Numbered from the stretch's first letter, positions 19,810-28,861 are shown. The stretch: DNA of 64,000 nt from an uncultured Bacilli bacterium (GCA_944350445.1 CALVOW010000003.1:13199-77198); one strand, 5' to 3'. A program made the numbers and translations. Notes: generated from the letters alone by a model not told the origin.

Positions 19810-20147
19810 TATCCCCTTTCTTTGATTTTGTATTGACCAACTAAATTTCTTAAGAATGTTAACTTAGCACGTCTTACTTTTCCTTTTTTAATTACTACGA
19901 TATTAGCAATTTTTGGTGAGTGAACAGGGAATGTTCTTTCCACTCCAACTCCATAAGAAACTTTACGAACTGTAAAAGTTTCACTAACACCTGATCCATG
20001 TCTTTTAATAACACTTCCTTCAAAAGCTTGAATTCTTTCTCTTTTTCCTTCGATGATCTTAACATCAACTCTAACAGTATCACCAACACGAAATTCTGGT
20101 ATATTTGGATTTAACTGTGACGCAGTAATCTTATCAATTACGTTCAT
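19809..20147 (-). CDS. rplS: 50S ribosomal protein L19
   Basis: 112 aa; [26 protein letters not shown] is a classic L19 sequence. Confidence 0.95.
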   Translation of the reverse strand: MNVIDKITASQLNPNIPEFRVGDTVRVDVKIIEGKRERIQAFEGSVIKRHGSGVSETFTVRKVSYGVGVERTFPVHSPKIANIVVIKKGKVRRAKLTFLRNLVGQYKIKERG

Positions 20148-20168
20148 AATACACTTTCCTTTCTACTT

Positions 20169-20200
20169 GTGATTATACTAAATACCTAGCAGCGAATCAC
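20169..20200 (-). promoter_or_regulatory. 5'-leader stem-loop upstream of rplS (possible L19 autoregulatory leader)
   Basis: GTGATT...AATCAC hairpin between the predicted promoter and the SD. Bacilli are known to carry an L19 leader motif; structural equivalence not verified. Confidence 0.3.
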
Positions 20201-20207
20201 ATTAAAG

Positions 20208-20236
20208 ATAATACCATAAATTTCAAAAAATAGCAA
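20208..20236 (-). promoter_or_regulatory. Putative sigma-A promoter of rplS
   Basis: Minus strand TTGCTA-N17-TATTAT. Confidence 0.4.
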
Positions 20237-20241
20237 ATGTT

Positions 20242-20961
20242 TTATTCAATATTATTTAAGGAATAGTTACAATCTAAAATCTTTTTGATATTTTTTAGTA
20301 AAGAATCACTTATTTTTGTAAAATATAAATTGACACTTTGTTTATTACTATCTTCTAAATGAATTTTATTTACTAAACATTCTCCCATATCAATTATTTC
20401 GACATTACTTGGTAAATACTTTAAAAATTCCGCTTTTAAAATTGGATAATGTGTACAACCAAGAATTAAACAATCAATATCTTGGAAATTTTTTAAATAC
20501 TTAGCAATTATTTGGGAATCAATTTGTAAATTTTCAATCATGGGAACAAATTCGGGAGTTTTAATCTCCGTTGTCATTCCTTTTAAATTATTTTTAAAGA
20601 TATGACTTTCAATTGTTCTTTCAGTTCCAAATACTAATATATTTTGAAAAGTCTTACTATTTACGTAAGCAATGGTTGAGGAAATAATATCAAAAATAGG
20701 AATTTTTGTTTGTTTTTTAAGTTCTAAATAACAATTAGAACTAACTGTGCCACAAGCAATAACAATCAGATCAACATGCTTTTGTTCAAAAAAATGAATG
20801 GCTTTTAAAGATAATTTTATTAAAGTATCTTTATCTTTATTACCATAGGGAATATTTTTGGTATCCCCATAATAATAATATTCATTCTGCGGATATTTTT
20901 TTAAAAACTCCTTTAAAACATTCAAACCACCTATTCCCGAATCAAATAAACCTATTTTCAT
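20242..20961 (-). CDS. murI: Glutamate racemase
   Basis: MKIGLFDSGIGGLNVL, IACGTVS and LGCTHYP catalytic Cys motifs. Confidence 0.9.
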   Translation of the reverse strand: MKIGLFDSGIGGLNVLKEFLKKYPQNEYYYYGDTKNIPYGNKDKDTLIKLSLKAIHFFEQKHVDLIVIACGTVSSNCYLELKKQTKIPIFDIISSTIAYVNSKTFQNILVFGTERTIESHIFKNNLKGMTTEIKTPEFVPMIENLQIDSQIIAKYLKNFQDIDCLILGCTHYPILKAEFLKYLPSNVEIIDMGECLVNKIHLEDSNKQSVNLYFTKISDSLLKNIKKILDCNYSLNNIE

Positions 20962-20984
20962 AAACCTCCTTAAAGGAATAATAA

Positions 20985-22271
20985 TTATTTGTTAGGAACA
21001 ATTCTTTCCATTCCTCCCATATAAGGTCGTAAGGCTTGAGGAATAAGAATTGAACCATCACTTTGATAATTATTTTCTAAAAAGGCAATTAAAGCCCTTG
21101 GGGTTGCAAGAACCGTATTATTTAAAGTATGAACAAAATAAGTTCCCTTTTCACCTTTGGTCCGAATTGCTAAACGTCTAGCTTGGGCATCACCAAGAGT
21201 TGAGCAAGAGCCAACTTCAAAATATTTTTGTTGACGAGGACTCCAAGCTTCAACATCACATGATTTTACTTTAAGATCTGCTAGATCACCTGAACAACAT
21301 TCAAGAGTACGAACCGGAATATCTAAACTTCTAAAAAATTCAACTGTAAATTCATACATTTTTTGATACCATGTCATTGAATCTTCAGGACGACAAAGGA
21401 CTATCATTTCTTGTTTTTCAAATTGATGAACTCGATAAACTCCTCGCTCTTCAATTCCATGTGCTCCTACTTCTTTCCTGAAACATGGAGAATAACTAGT
21501 TAAAGTAATTGGTAAATCTTCTTCTTTTATAATTTGATCTTTAAAACGCCCAATCATTGAATGTTCACTAGTTCCAATTAAATATAAGTCTTCGCCTTCA
21601 ATTTTATACATCATAGCATCCATTTCTTTAAAAGACATAACCCCATTAACAACATCAGAACGAATCATAAATGGTGGAATACAATAGGTAAATCCTTTAC
21701 CAATCATAAAATCTCTGGCATAAGCTAACATTGAACTATGAAGTCTTGCCATATCACCAATTAAAAAATAAAAACCATTGCCACTTGTTCTACCACTTGC
21801 TTCCTTATCAAGGCCCGCAAATTTTTCTAAAATATCCGCATGATATGGTATTTCATAATTAGGTACAACAGGCTCACCAAATCGTTCCATCTCAACATTT
21901 TCTAAGTCACTACGACCAATTGGTACGGAATCATCAATAATATTTGGAATAACAAGCATAATTTTTCTAATTTCTTGATTTAAATTAGCTTCTTCGGTTT
22001 CCATTTCTTGTAATTTAGTATTAATCTCCGTTACTTTTTGTTTAGAAAGTTCTGCCTCTTCTTTTTTACCATCTTTAAAAAGTTTACCAATTTCCTCACT
22101 GATTTTTTTTCTTTCACTACGAAGATTATCACCATTCATTTTAAGTTCACGGGCTTTTTTATCTAGTGTAATTACTTTATCAACTAGTTCTAGTTTTTCA
22201 TCTTGAAATTTTTTCTTAATATTTTCCTTGACAATATCAGGATTTTCTCTTACAAATTTAATATCTAACAT
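20985..22271 (-). CDS. serS: Seryl-tRNA synthetase
   Basis: MLDIKFVRENPDIV, N-terminal coiled-coil arm, class II motifs (FRKE, GSCSTLGDAQARR). Confidence 0.95.
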   Translation of the reverse strand: MLDIKFVRENPDIVKENIKKKFQDEKLELVDKVITLDKKARELKMNGDNLRSERKKISEEIGKLFKDGKKEEAELSKQKVTEINTKLQEMETEEANLNQEIRKIMLVIPNIIDDSVPIGRSDLENVEMERFGEPVVPNYEIPYHADILEKFAGLDKEASGRTSGNGFYFLIGDMARLHSSMLAYARDFMIGKGFTYCIPPFMIRSDVVNGVMSFKEMDAMMYKIEGEDLYLIGTSEHSMIGRFKDQIIKEEDLPITLTSYSPCFRKEVGAHGIEERGVYRVHQFEKQEMIVLCRPEDSMTWYQKMYEFTVEFFRSLDIPVRTLECCSGDLADLKVKSCDVEAWSPRQQKYFEVGSCSTLGDAQARRLAIRTKGEKGTYFVHTLNNTVLATPRALIAFLENNYQSDGSILIPQALRPYMGGMERIVPNK

Positions 22272-22779
22272 TTTCTTGTTCCTTTCTTAACTCTTCTATT
22301 TTACTTTGAATTTTATTATATGCCGGTAAATATCTTTTATTTACGCGTTCATAATCATTTATAGTGGGATTTTTAATTCTTGTAATATCCATATTATGAC
22401 GTAAATCCGAGGTTTTTACATTTAAAACATGAATATTATTACTACTAATTAGTCTATCAATATAATCTGGATAATATTCACCTTTTTGTTTAGTTAAATA
22501 TAAAAGCATATTTAAAATATCAGTATTATAACCAAACTCCTCTAAATCTTTGACCGTAACACTAGTATCTTCTAAAATATCATGCATTAAAGCAAGAATT
22601 TTTTCTTGATAATCAAAAACTCCCGCATATACTTTCATTAAATGAATAATATAAGGCATTTCACTTTTATCAGTTTTATCATTAAAAAGTTTTAAAACTA
22701 ATTCCAAGGTCTTATATAATAAATCATTACTATTTTTTAACTTTTCATATTCTTGTTTTTCAAAATATTTTTTTAACAT
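22258..22779 (-). CDS. HD-domain protein, RelA/SpoT-hydrolase-like (candidate small alarmone hydrolase)
   Basis: 173 aa. HLMKV ... ALMHDILEDT matches the H...HD..ED metal site of RSH hydrolase domains. Overlaps the serS start by 14 nt. Confidence 0.55.
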   Translation of the reverse strand: MLKKYFEKQEYEKLKNSNDLLYKTLELVLKLFNDKTDKSEMPYIIHLMKVYAGVFDYQEKILALMHDILEDTSVTVKDLEEFGYNTDILNMLLYLTKQKGEYYPDYIDRLISSNNIHVLNVKTSDLRHNMDITRIKNPTINDYERVNKRYLPAYNKIQSKIEELRKEQENVRY

Positions 22780-22794
22780 AATCCTCCTAAAAAA

Positions 22795-22955
22795 TAAAAA
22801 AGAATAGTATTCGGAGTCAAATAGACGGTACCATCCTTTTTTTTACTTAATTAAATAACGGTTCAACCGGAACTTATTAGGTTCTCTAAAGAGTAGATAA
22901 ATAGGTTTTATTATAATTTTCCATCAGCCAATTACTTTCTCTAAATAAAATTTCT
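22795..22955 (-). promoter_or_regulatory. T-box riboswitch leader (probably Ser-specific) controlling the HD-hydrolase/serS operon
   Basis: Minus strand: AGAGAAAGTA box in stem I, then the T-box sequence AAAAGGATGGTACCGTC (plus 22824-22836). Terminator helix GGAUGGUA/UACUAUUC is followed by UUUUUU just before the SD AGGAGG. A UCU-A triplet sits on the 3' side of putative stem I. Confidence 0.75.
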
Positions 22956-22979
22956 ATTATTGTCTCTTTTATGATTTAT

Positions 22980-23189
22980 TTACATATATTTTTGCATTTG
23001 CTTCATCATTTGATTAACTTGCTTTTGAGTTGGGGTTCTTCCCATACCACTCATAAGAGTTTTTATCATCTCTTCATTTATAGGTGGATTTTTCTTTAAA
23101 TATTTGGTCATTAATTTACGCGATACTAAAAAACCAACGACAACACCAGCAATAAATCCTAGAACTATTTGTAAAATATCTATCCACAT
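22980..23189 (-). CDS. UPF0154 (YneF) family small membrane protein
   Basis: MWIDILQIVLGFIAGVVVGFLVSRK ... NPPINEEMIKTLMSGMGRTPTQKQVNQMM is the typical family sequence. Start moved to ATG behind SD AAGGAG. Confidence 0.8.
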   Translation of the reverse strand: MWIDILQIVLGFIAGVVVGFLVSRKLMTKYLKKNPPINEEMIKTLMSGMGRTPTQKQVNQMMKQMQKYM

Positions 23190-23287
23190 AATCCTCAACT
23201 CCTTGTTAATATCTTACTATAATATATGAAATAATTCAATAATTATTTATATTTTATTTAAAAAAATAAAAAGTTTCTACTTAAAAA

Positions 23288-23869
23288 CTATTTTATTTTC
23301 TTCCATAAATTATAGTATTCGATGCCAGAGACTACTGACATAATAACAGCAAAATAAATTAAGAAATCAGCCACTTTTAAATTAATTAACTCAAAGGGCA
23401 AATTATAAAAAAACATAAGTGCAAGACCAATCATCATACTAGCTGTTTTAATTTTTCCGGATTTAATCGCAGCCACTACCTTGCCTTTTCTTAAAGCGGA
23501 CATTTTTAAAGCATTAACAACTTCATCACGGAAAATATAGATGATAGGAACAAAAGATGGAAGAAAACCATTTACAGCAAAAATAATTAAAACGGAATTT
23601 ACTAAAACTTTATCAGCTATGGCATCTAATAACTTTCCGGTATCAGTAATTAAATTATCCCGACGGGCTATCATTCCATCAAAGTAATCCGTTAAAGCGG
23701 CAATTATATATATAACACCGGCTATTAAGTAGGTAGAATCAACAACAAGTCCTGCAATATTAAATTTTGGAAAGTAAATATTTAAAGAGTAAAAAGGAAA
23801 TAAGCAGAAAATAATAATTAAAATTGTCAAAATAATTCTTGTTATTGTTAATTTATTTGGTAAATTCAT
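23288..23869 (-). CDS. pgsA: CDP-diacylglycerol--glycerol-3-phosphate 3-phosphatidyltransferase
   Basis: LPNKLTITRI, and the CDP-alcohol phosphatidyltransferase motif DYFDGMIARR....G..LDAIADK. Confidence 0.9.
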   Translation of the reverse strand: MNLPNKLTITRIILTILIIIFCLFPFYSLNIYFPKFNIAGLVVDSTYLIAGVIYIIAALTDYFDGMIARRDNLITDTGKLLDAIADKVLVNSVLIIFAVNGFLPSFVPIIYIFRDEVVNALKMSALRKGKVVAAIKSGKIKTASMMIGLALMFFYNLPFELINLKVADFLIYFAVIMSVVSGIEYYNLWKKIK

Positions 23870-24341
23870 AACTAATCTCTCCTTTTATACCTAAAAGTTC
23901 TTTGGATACTTTTGGTTCTTGTGTTGCAACTTTTAAAACTATATAAACAATTAAAGAAATAAAAAGTAAAATAGCAACTAATAAAACAATTGGTGCTAGA
24001 TCATATCTTGTATGTTTTATTTTTGTATAAGGAGATGATATATGATTAGTTTTTTCTTCACTATTTTTTACCTTTTTTATATCATCTAAGGAAATTTTTG
24101 ATGTTTTCTCAAAAATAAAATCATTAAATTCATCTAATAATTTGGAAACATCTAAACCTAAATATTTAGCATATACTTTTATTAAATCCTTTAATTCAAA
24201 AATATCTTTAAAGGCTTTTGAATTACCATCTTCAATCGCTTCAATAAGGGAAGAATTTACATTTAAGTCTTCACTGGCTTCATTTATACTAACACCATTT
24301 TTCCTTCGTTCATCACGTAAATACTCACCAATTTCTTTCAA
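23853..24341 (-). CDS. RodZ-like HTH (XRE) membrane protein
   Basis: N-terminal HTH (IGEYLRDERRKNGVSINEASEDL) plus one TM. Likely start is TTG 24341 behind SD GAGGTGA. Confidence 0.6.
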   Translation of the reverse strand: MKEIGEYLRDERRKNGVSINEASEDLNVNSSLIEAIEDGNSKAFKDIFELKDLIKVYAKYLGLDVSKLLDEFNDFIFEKTSKISLDDIKKVKNSEEKTNHISSPYTKIKHTRYDLAPIVLLVAILLFISLIVYIVLKVATQEPKVSKELLGIKGEISYEFTK

Positions 24342-24360
24342 AATAATCACCTCAAAATAA

Positions 24361-24712
24361 AAAATGCTTTATAAGCCATGTTCTGTACCATATAGGTGGC
24401 AAACATTTATCTATCTATTCGATCCCGGGTTTTGTTCATTTCCAATTCCCAAGCTCCCCTACCATAATTTGGGTTTCTCACTCGCGGGGTTTACTATGTT
24501 CCACTTCCTCCGTTTCCAGATTCTTCATCACTATAGCACTTTTATAATTACTCTAACCATATTATAAAACTTAGGTTATTTCATAGCCGTTAGTACCGAA
24601 GTACTACTTAAAGTTATTTTTTCCTTTAACACGAACACTAATAACATCGCAGTTATTGTGAGCATGGACTTTCCTCTATATTACAAGAATATAGCGTTTG
24701 CCAAAGCATTAT
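24361..24712 (-). ncRNA. rnpB: RNase P RNA (bacterial)
   Basis: Minus strand contains GAGGAAAGTCCATGCTCAC near the 5' end and ACAGAACATGGCTTA near the 3' end, the universally conserved CR regions. P1 can form between AATGCTTT (24710-24703) and AAAGCATT (24370-24363). Same gpsB-rnpB neighbourhood as B. subtilis. Ends approximate. Confidence 0.85.
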
Positions 24713-25059
24713 TCATCTTCTTCATCCTTCTCTTCATTACCATATACAACTTTTTCTAGACGGGACAATCTTTTTAAAACATCTAAATTAGCAGCACCAG
24801 CAGGCATTTGCGGAGCAGCTTTAACAATTTCCACATTGGTTTTTAAATTGCGAATTTCTTGTTTTAAATTAATAATTTGTTCTAAGTAGTCTTCTTTTTC
24901 TTTTTCAAGTCCACGAATTATTGTATAAAAATGTTCATAATCGGCAATGATAAGATCTAAAAATTGATCAACTTCTTTTAAACGATAACCTCTAGTATCA
25001 ATTTTAAAATTTTTTTCAAGTATCATATCACTAGTTAGATTAAATTCATCTTTATACAT
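24709..25059 (-). CDS. gpsB: Cell-cycle protein GpsB (DivIVA-domain)
   Basis: LTSDMILEKNFKIDTRGYRLKEVDQFLDLIIADYE is the GpsB/DivIVA N-terminal domain, followed by a coiled coil. Confidence 0.85.
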   Translation of the reverse strand: MYKDEFNLTSDMILEKNFKIDTRGYRLKEVDQFLDLIIADYEHFYTIIRGLEKEKEDYLEQIINLKQEIRNLKTNVEIVKAAPQMPAGAANLDVLKRLSRLEKVVYGNEEKDEEDE

Positions 25060-25083
25060 ATCACCACATTCCCTTCTATTAAT

Positions 25084-25112
25084 ATTTTAGAATAATAGAA
25101 AAGTATTGTCAA
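25084..25112 (-). promoter_or_regulatory. Sigma-A promoter for gpsB-rnpB
   Basis: Minus strand TTGACA-N17-TAAAAT, ~25 nt upstream of the gpsB ATG. Confidence 0.6.
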
Positions 25113-25143
25113 GTAAAAAATAAAACTCCTGCAAGCAAGAGTT
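25113..25143 (-). terminator. Intrinsic terminator of the tRNA cluster
   Basis: Minus strand AACUCUUG-cuug-CAGGAGUU stem-loop followed by UUAUUUUUU. Confidence 0.65.
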
Positions 25144-25154
25144 AGTTATTCTTT

Positions 25155-25231
25155 TGGTGATCAGTACGGGATTCGGACCCGTGAATGCTGCCGTGAAAGG
25201 GCAGTGTGTTAAGCCACTTCACCAACTGACC
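25155..25231 (-). tRNA. tRNA-Glu (anticodon UUC), CCA encoded
   Basis: Cloverleaf readable by eye: acceptor GGTCAGT/ACTGATC, anticodon arm CTGCC-CTTTCAC-GGCAG. The T-loop is TCCGAAT, i.e. C instead of U at position 55. Confidence 0.8.
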
Positions 25232-25240
25232 AAAAAAAAA

Positions 25241-25317
25241 TGGCGCCTCAACTAGGACTTGAACCTAGGACCCCTTGATTAACAGTCAAGTGCTCTAACC
25301 AACTGAGCTATTGAGGC
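25241..25317 (-). tRNA. tRNA-Asn (anticodon GUU), CCA encoded
   Basis: Anticodon arm CTTGA-CTGTTAA-TCAAG; T-arm CTAGGTTCAAGTCCTAG; acceptor GCCTCAA/TTGAGGC. Confidence 0.9.
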
Positions 25318-25329
25318 AAAATTTATAAA

Positions 25330-25406
<77 letters not shown>

Positions 25407-25472
25407 ATTTACAATGATTTGCAATCCTTATTCATTGTACTATATTTTCTTCGGTAATGCAAGTATTTTTTT

Positions 25473-25548
25473 TGGTGTCCAGCTAGGGATTCGAACCCTA
25501 GACCCACTGATTAAGAGTCAGTTGCTCTACCAACTGAGCTAGCCAGAC
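25473..25548 (-). tRNA. tRNA-Lys (anticodon CUU), CCA encoded
   Basis: Anticodon arm ACTGA-CTCTTAA-TCAGT; T-arm CTAGGGTTCGAATCCCTAG. Confidence 0.85.
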
Positions 25549-25572
25549 ATATAACCAAGAACAACATCTAAT

Positions 25573-25601
25573 ATTCTATATGATATTGTTCTTGTTGTCA
25601 A
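25573..25601 (-). promoter_or_regulatory. Sigma-A promoter of the tRNA cluster
   Basis: Minus strand TTGACA-N17-TAGAAT, ~25 nt upstream of the tRNA-Lys 5' end. Embedded in an inverted repeat (CAAGAACAA...TTGTTCTTG) that may also terminate greA. Confidence 0.55.
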
Positions 25602-25625
25602 CATTTTTTTTAATTTTTTCAAAAT

Positions 25626-26093
25626 TTATTCAATTGCTGTAATTTCAATTTGATAAACACCATTTGGACTGTTAACATCAACAATTTCCCCTACTTTTTT
25701 ACCAAGCAAGGCAAGAGCAATTGGGCTTTCATTGGAAATCTTACTTAAAAATGGATCTGCTTCTTGACTACCAACAATTTGATATTCATCCACTTCTCCA
25801 TCATCAACATACTTAATCTTGACAGTATTTCCAATACTAACTTTACTATTATCAACATTTTCAATAATTGAAACATTTTCAAGAATTTGTTCTAACTTTT
25901 GAATTCTACCTTCAAGTTCAGCTTGTTCGTTGCGAGCTGCATCATATTCAGCATTCTCAGATAAATCTCCTAAGGCTCTAGCCTCTTTAATTGCTTTTAT
26001 ATTAAGAGGACGCTTTATATTTATTAAATCATCTAATTCTTTTTTTAATTCTTGATACCCCTCTTGAGTTAAATATACAGTCTTTTTTTCCAT
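25626..26093 (-). CDS. greA: Transcription elongation factor GreA
   Basis: 155 aa; LTQEGYQELKKELDDL ... GDLSENAEYDAARNEQ coiled-coil, C-terminal FKBP-like domain. Confidence 0.95.
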   Translation of the reverse strand: MEKKTVYLTQEGYQELKKELDDLINIKRPLNIKAIKEARALGDLSENAEYDAARNEQAELEGRIQKLEQILENVSIIENVDNSKVSIGNTVKIKYVDDGEVDEYQIVGSQEADPFLSKISNESPIALALLGKKVGEIVDVNSPNGVYQIEITAIE

Positions 26094-26217
26094 CAGACAC
26101 CTCCAAATAAAAAACTCCTAATAAGTATATTATAAATGCCATCAAAAGTCAAGGTAAATTCTTGGCAAATTATAATACAACACTTCATTATATGCAAAAA
26201 GAAAAATAATATGTAAC

Positions 26218-27396
26218 TTATTTTAAATAAGGTTTACGAATCATTGAAAAAATTGGTAAATCAAAAGGAATTTCCATTTTTAAGATACTATCTGCTTGAT
26301 TAGCAACTTGAATACTTTCCATATCTTTATTATAAATATTTTTTATTTTATAAGAAATAATATCCATATTCGGTGTAATTATCTCAACATCATCCAAAAC
26401 CTTAAAATAATTTCTTTGTCTAATTGTATATAAATTATTTTCTTTTTCGAAAATAATTCCTAAATAATCTTGATTCGAAGCTTCCTGTCTTCCAATATAA
26501 TATTGATCAGTCATATCAGCTTCTTTATCATAAAAATGCGTGCTATTTTCTCTATTGGAAACCATACTTAAAATATGTTCTTCTTTCTCAAGTAAATCAT
26601 TAGTTAAATTTCCTTCATAATAAGCATCAATAATTCGCCGGTAAGAAGATAAGACAACTGCTAAATAATAAGGCGAACGCATTCTTCCTTCGATTTTAAA
26701 ACTAGCAATTTTAAGGTCTAACATATCTTTTAAGAAAGATGACATATTTAAATCTTTAACCGCCATGGAAAAATTATCATTCGTATCATTTAAAGAAAAA
26801 CCAAACCGACAAATTTGTGCACAACCACCACGATTAGAATCTCTTAAAGTTAAATAATTTGATAAAACACAGCGACCACTTACAAAAGTACACATCGCCC
26901 CATGAATAAAAACTTCAATATCAACACCCGTTTTTTCAATTATTTCTTTAATATCCAAACGCCCTACCTCACGGGCTAAAACAACACGATCAACACCTTC
27001 TTGTTTTAAAAAATTAACTGTTTCATAATTAGTAACACTATCTTGGGTACTTACATGAACTTCAACTGGAAAATTTTTCTTAATATAGCTAACTAAAAAC
27101 AAATCACTAACAATAAAAGCATCAATTCCCAGGTTAACAACATCTTCAATATATTTATAAACCCCAGCAATATCTTCATTATGAAAAACAATATTTAAAG
27201 TTAAATAAACTCGTTTTTGATAAAAATGAGCAAACTCGCAAGCCTCTTTAATTTCTTCCAAACTAAAATTATTAGCATTAGCTCGTAAACTATACTCTTT
27301 TCCGCCAATATAAACAGCATCAGCTCCATACAAACATGCAATTTTTAATCTTTCTAAATCACCAGCTGGTGATAATAATTCTACTTTTTTCATCAT
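26218..27396 (-). CDS. Peptidase-U32-family protein, YrrO-like (tRNA U34 hydroxylation, TrhP-type)
   Basis: VELLSPAGDLERLKIA... and ADAVYIGG typical of U32, with a Cys cluster CTFVSGRC...GGCAQIC. Conserved mltG-yrrM-yrrN-yrrO gene order. Confidence 0.75.
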   Translation of the reverse strand: MMKKVELLSPAGDLERLKIACLYGADAVYIGGKEYSLRANANNFSLEEIKEACEFAHFYQKRVYLTLNIVFHNEDIAGVYKYIEDVVNLGIDAFIVSDLFLVSYIKKNFPVEVHVSTQDSVTNYETVNFLKQEGVDRVVLAREVGRLDIKEIIEKTGVDIEVFIHGAMCTFVSGRCVLSNYLTLRDSNRGGCAQICRFGFSLNDTNDNFSMAVKDLNMSSFLKDMLDLKIASFKIEGRMRSPYYLAVVLSSYRRIIDAYYEGNLTNDLLEKEEHILSMVSNRENSTHFYDKEADMTDQYYIGRQEASNQDYLGIIFEKENNLYTIRQRNYFKVLDDVEIITPNMDIISYKIKNIYNKDMESIQVANQADSILKMEIPFDLPIFSMIRKPYLK

Positions 27397-28250
27397 TTCA
27401 CCTTATAAAATGTCTTTTGAAAGAAAAATCCTTCATAAGAACCAATTAATTCTTGAACTTTTTCTAAAAATAATGATTCTTCTATTTTTTGATTTAAATA
27501 TTTATTATATAATTTAAGAACTTGTAAAAAGATAGTATCATCAATTAAATTATTATCTAAAATAGCATATTCTATTTTTTCTTTTAATAAACAAAAAGCC
27601 CTCGTTCCATTTAAAATATCTTTGGTTAAAATATCCGTTCCCAAGTTTGTTTCTTTTATATAATATTTTTGTTTTGAGTTCTTTTCTTCAATCGTATTTA
27701 AATCTTTTGACTTTTCTTTTTTTATATATTCAAAGTAATTAGAAACTAATTTTCTTTTCGAATGGGAAATAATTAAATGACCAACAAAAGTTGCCATTAA
27801 AAGAATATTGCTTTTTTTAGAAATTAAAGCCATTTCTGATTCCGTAATTTCTGCTGATAAATAAGCATATTTAACTCCACGTTCAAAGTAATAATTACAA
27901 ATATTATAATTGGTTACCATATGGGTTTGATGGATTACTAAGGGAATATTTAAATTCAATTTTTTAACAAAAGATAAAATGCTTAAATCATAAAATAAAA
28001 TTCCTGCAATCTTTAAAGTTGCTAATTCTTGTAATTTTTCTTTTAAATCTTTTAAATCCTCATTAAAAATATTTTTATTAAGACTAACAAATAATTCAAT
28101 TCCTGGATAATTATTTAATATTTCTTTTATATCATTTAAAGTAGCTTCATAATAATTAATGGCATAATTTTTAAGACCAATAAGAAAAGAATTAGTGTAC
28201 TTTAAATAATCAGCTAATTCTTTTTTATTTACACTAACTAATAATTTCAT
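27393..28250 (-). CDS. Peptidase-U32-family protein, YrrN-like
   Basis: 285 aa; divergent U32 TIM-barrel-like sequence. 4-nt overlap with the downstream U32 gene; synteny with B. subtilis yrrN. Confidence 0.6.
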   Translation of the reverse strand: MKLLVSVNKKELADYLKYTNSFLIGLKNYAINYYEATLNDIKEILNNYPGIELFVSLNKNIFNEDLKDLKEKLQELATLKIAGILFYDLSILSFVKKLNLNIPLVIHQTHMVTNYNICNYYFERGVKYAYLSAEITESEMALISKKSNILLMATFVGHLIISHSKRKLVSNYFEYIKKEKSKDLNTIEEKNSKQKYYIKETNLGTDILTKDILNGTRAFCLLKEKIEYAILDNNLIDDTIFLQVLKLYNKYLNQKIEESLFLEKVQELIGSYEGFFFQKTFYKVK

Positions 28251-28253
28251 AGC

Positions 28254-28850
28254 TTATCCTCTTCTTTCAGTAACAGCTATTCCATCACCTATTTTATAAA
28301 TAGTTGTTTTATAAAGCATATGATTTTCTAAAAAATAAGTATAATCTTTAATTTTTCTTACAATTCCTAAAATATTTTTACTAGGAATATCCTCTTCTTT
28401 CATGGCTACATAACCATGAAAATCCATATTATCGGTGATAATATAACCATCTAAACTTAAATTAGCTTCAAAATGTTCAAAGAAATCTTTATTTTTACCT
28501 TTCGCAGCATCAATAAAAATTAAATCAAATTCACCTTCTAATTTAACATTTAAAGCATCATTAAAAATTAAAGTAATTCTATCTTCAAGATTAAATTTTT
28601 TAATATTTTTTAAAGCTTCCATATATCTTGTTTCATCACGTTCAATAGTTGTTATATGTATATCATTACTAGTTTTTGCCATCATAATAGCTGAGTAACC
28701 AATAGCTGTTCCTATTTCTAAAATATTTTTTAATTGTTTTTTAATAATAAAATTCGTTAAAAATTCAATTCCATCATCTTGCATAATCGGAATATTTTCT
28801 TCAATTGCATATTCTTTTAATTCTTTTATGTCTTTATCTTGATAGTTCAT
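28254..28850 (-). CDS. trmR: SAM-dependent O-methyltransferase (class I, family 3), YrrM/TrmR-like
   Basis: ILEIGTAIGYSAIMMA SAM motif and FDLIFIDAAK. Lies between mltG and the U32 pair, as in B. subtilis. Confidence 0.6.
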   Translation of the reverse strand: MNYQDKDIKELKEYAIEENIPIMQDDGIEFLTNFIIKKQLKNILEIGTAIGYSAIMMAKTSNDIHITTIERDETRYMEALKNIKKFNLEDRITLIFNDALNVKLEGEFDLIFIDAAKGKNKDFFEHFEANLSLDGYIITDNMDFHGYVAMKEEDIPSKNILGIVRKIKDYTYFLENHMLYKTTIYKIGDGIAVTERRG

Positions 28851-28861
28851 TTTAAACCCTC

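Noticed and set aside
19895-20089. 64-aa minus-strand ORF inside rplS
   Set aside because: It is an alternative frame of the highly conserved L19 gene.
24142-24889. ORFs 24142-24360(+), 24364-24567(+) and 24698-24889(+)
   Set aside because: The first is antisense to the rodZ-like gene. The other two overlap the RNase P RNA and gpsB and are explained by those features.
25407-25472. Hairpin (ACAATGA…TCATTGT) between tRNA-Lys and tRNA-Ile
   Set aside because: It lacks a U-tract and sits inside a co-transcribed tRNA cluster. It is most simply a processing spacer, so I did not call it a feature.
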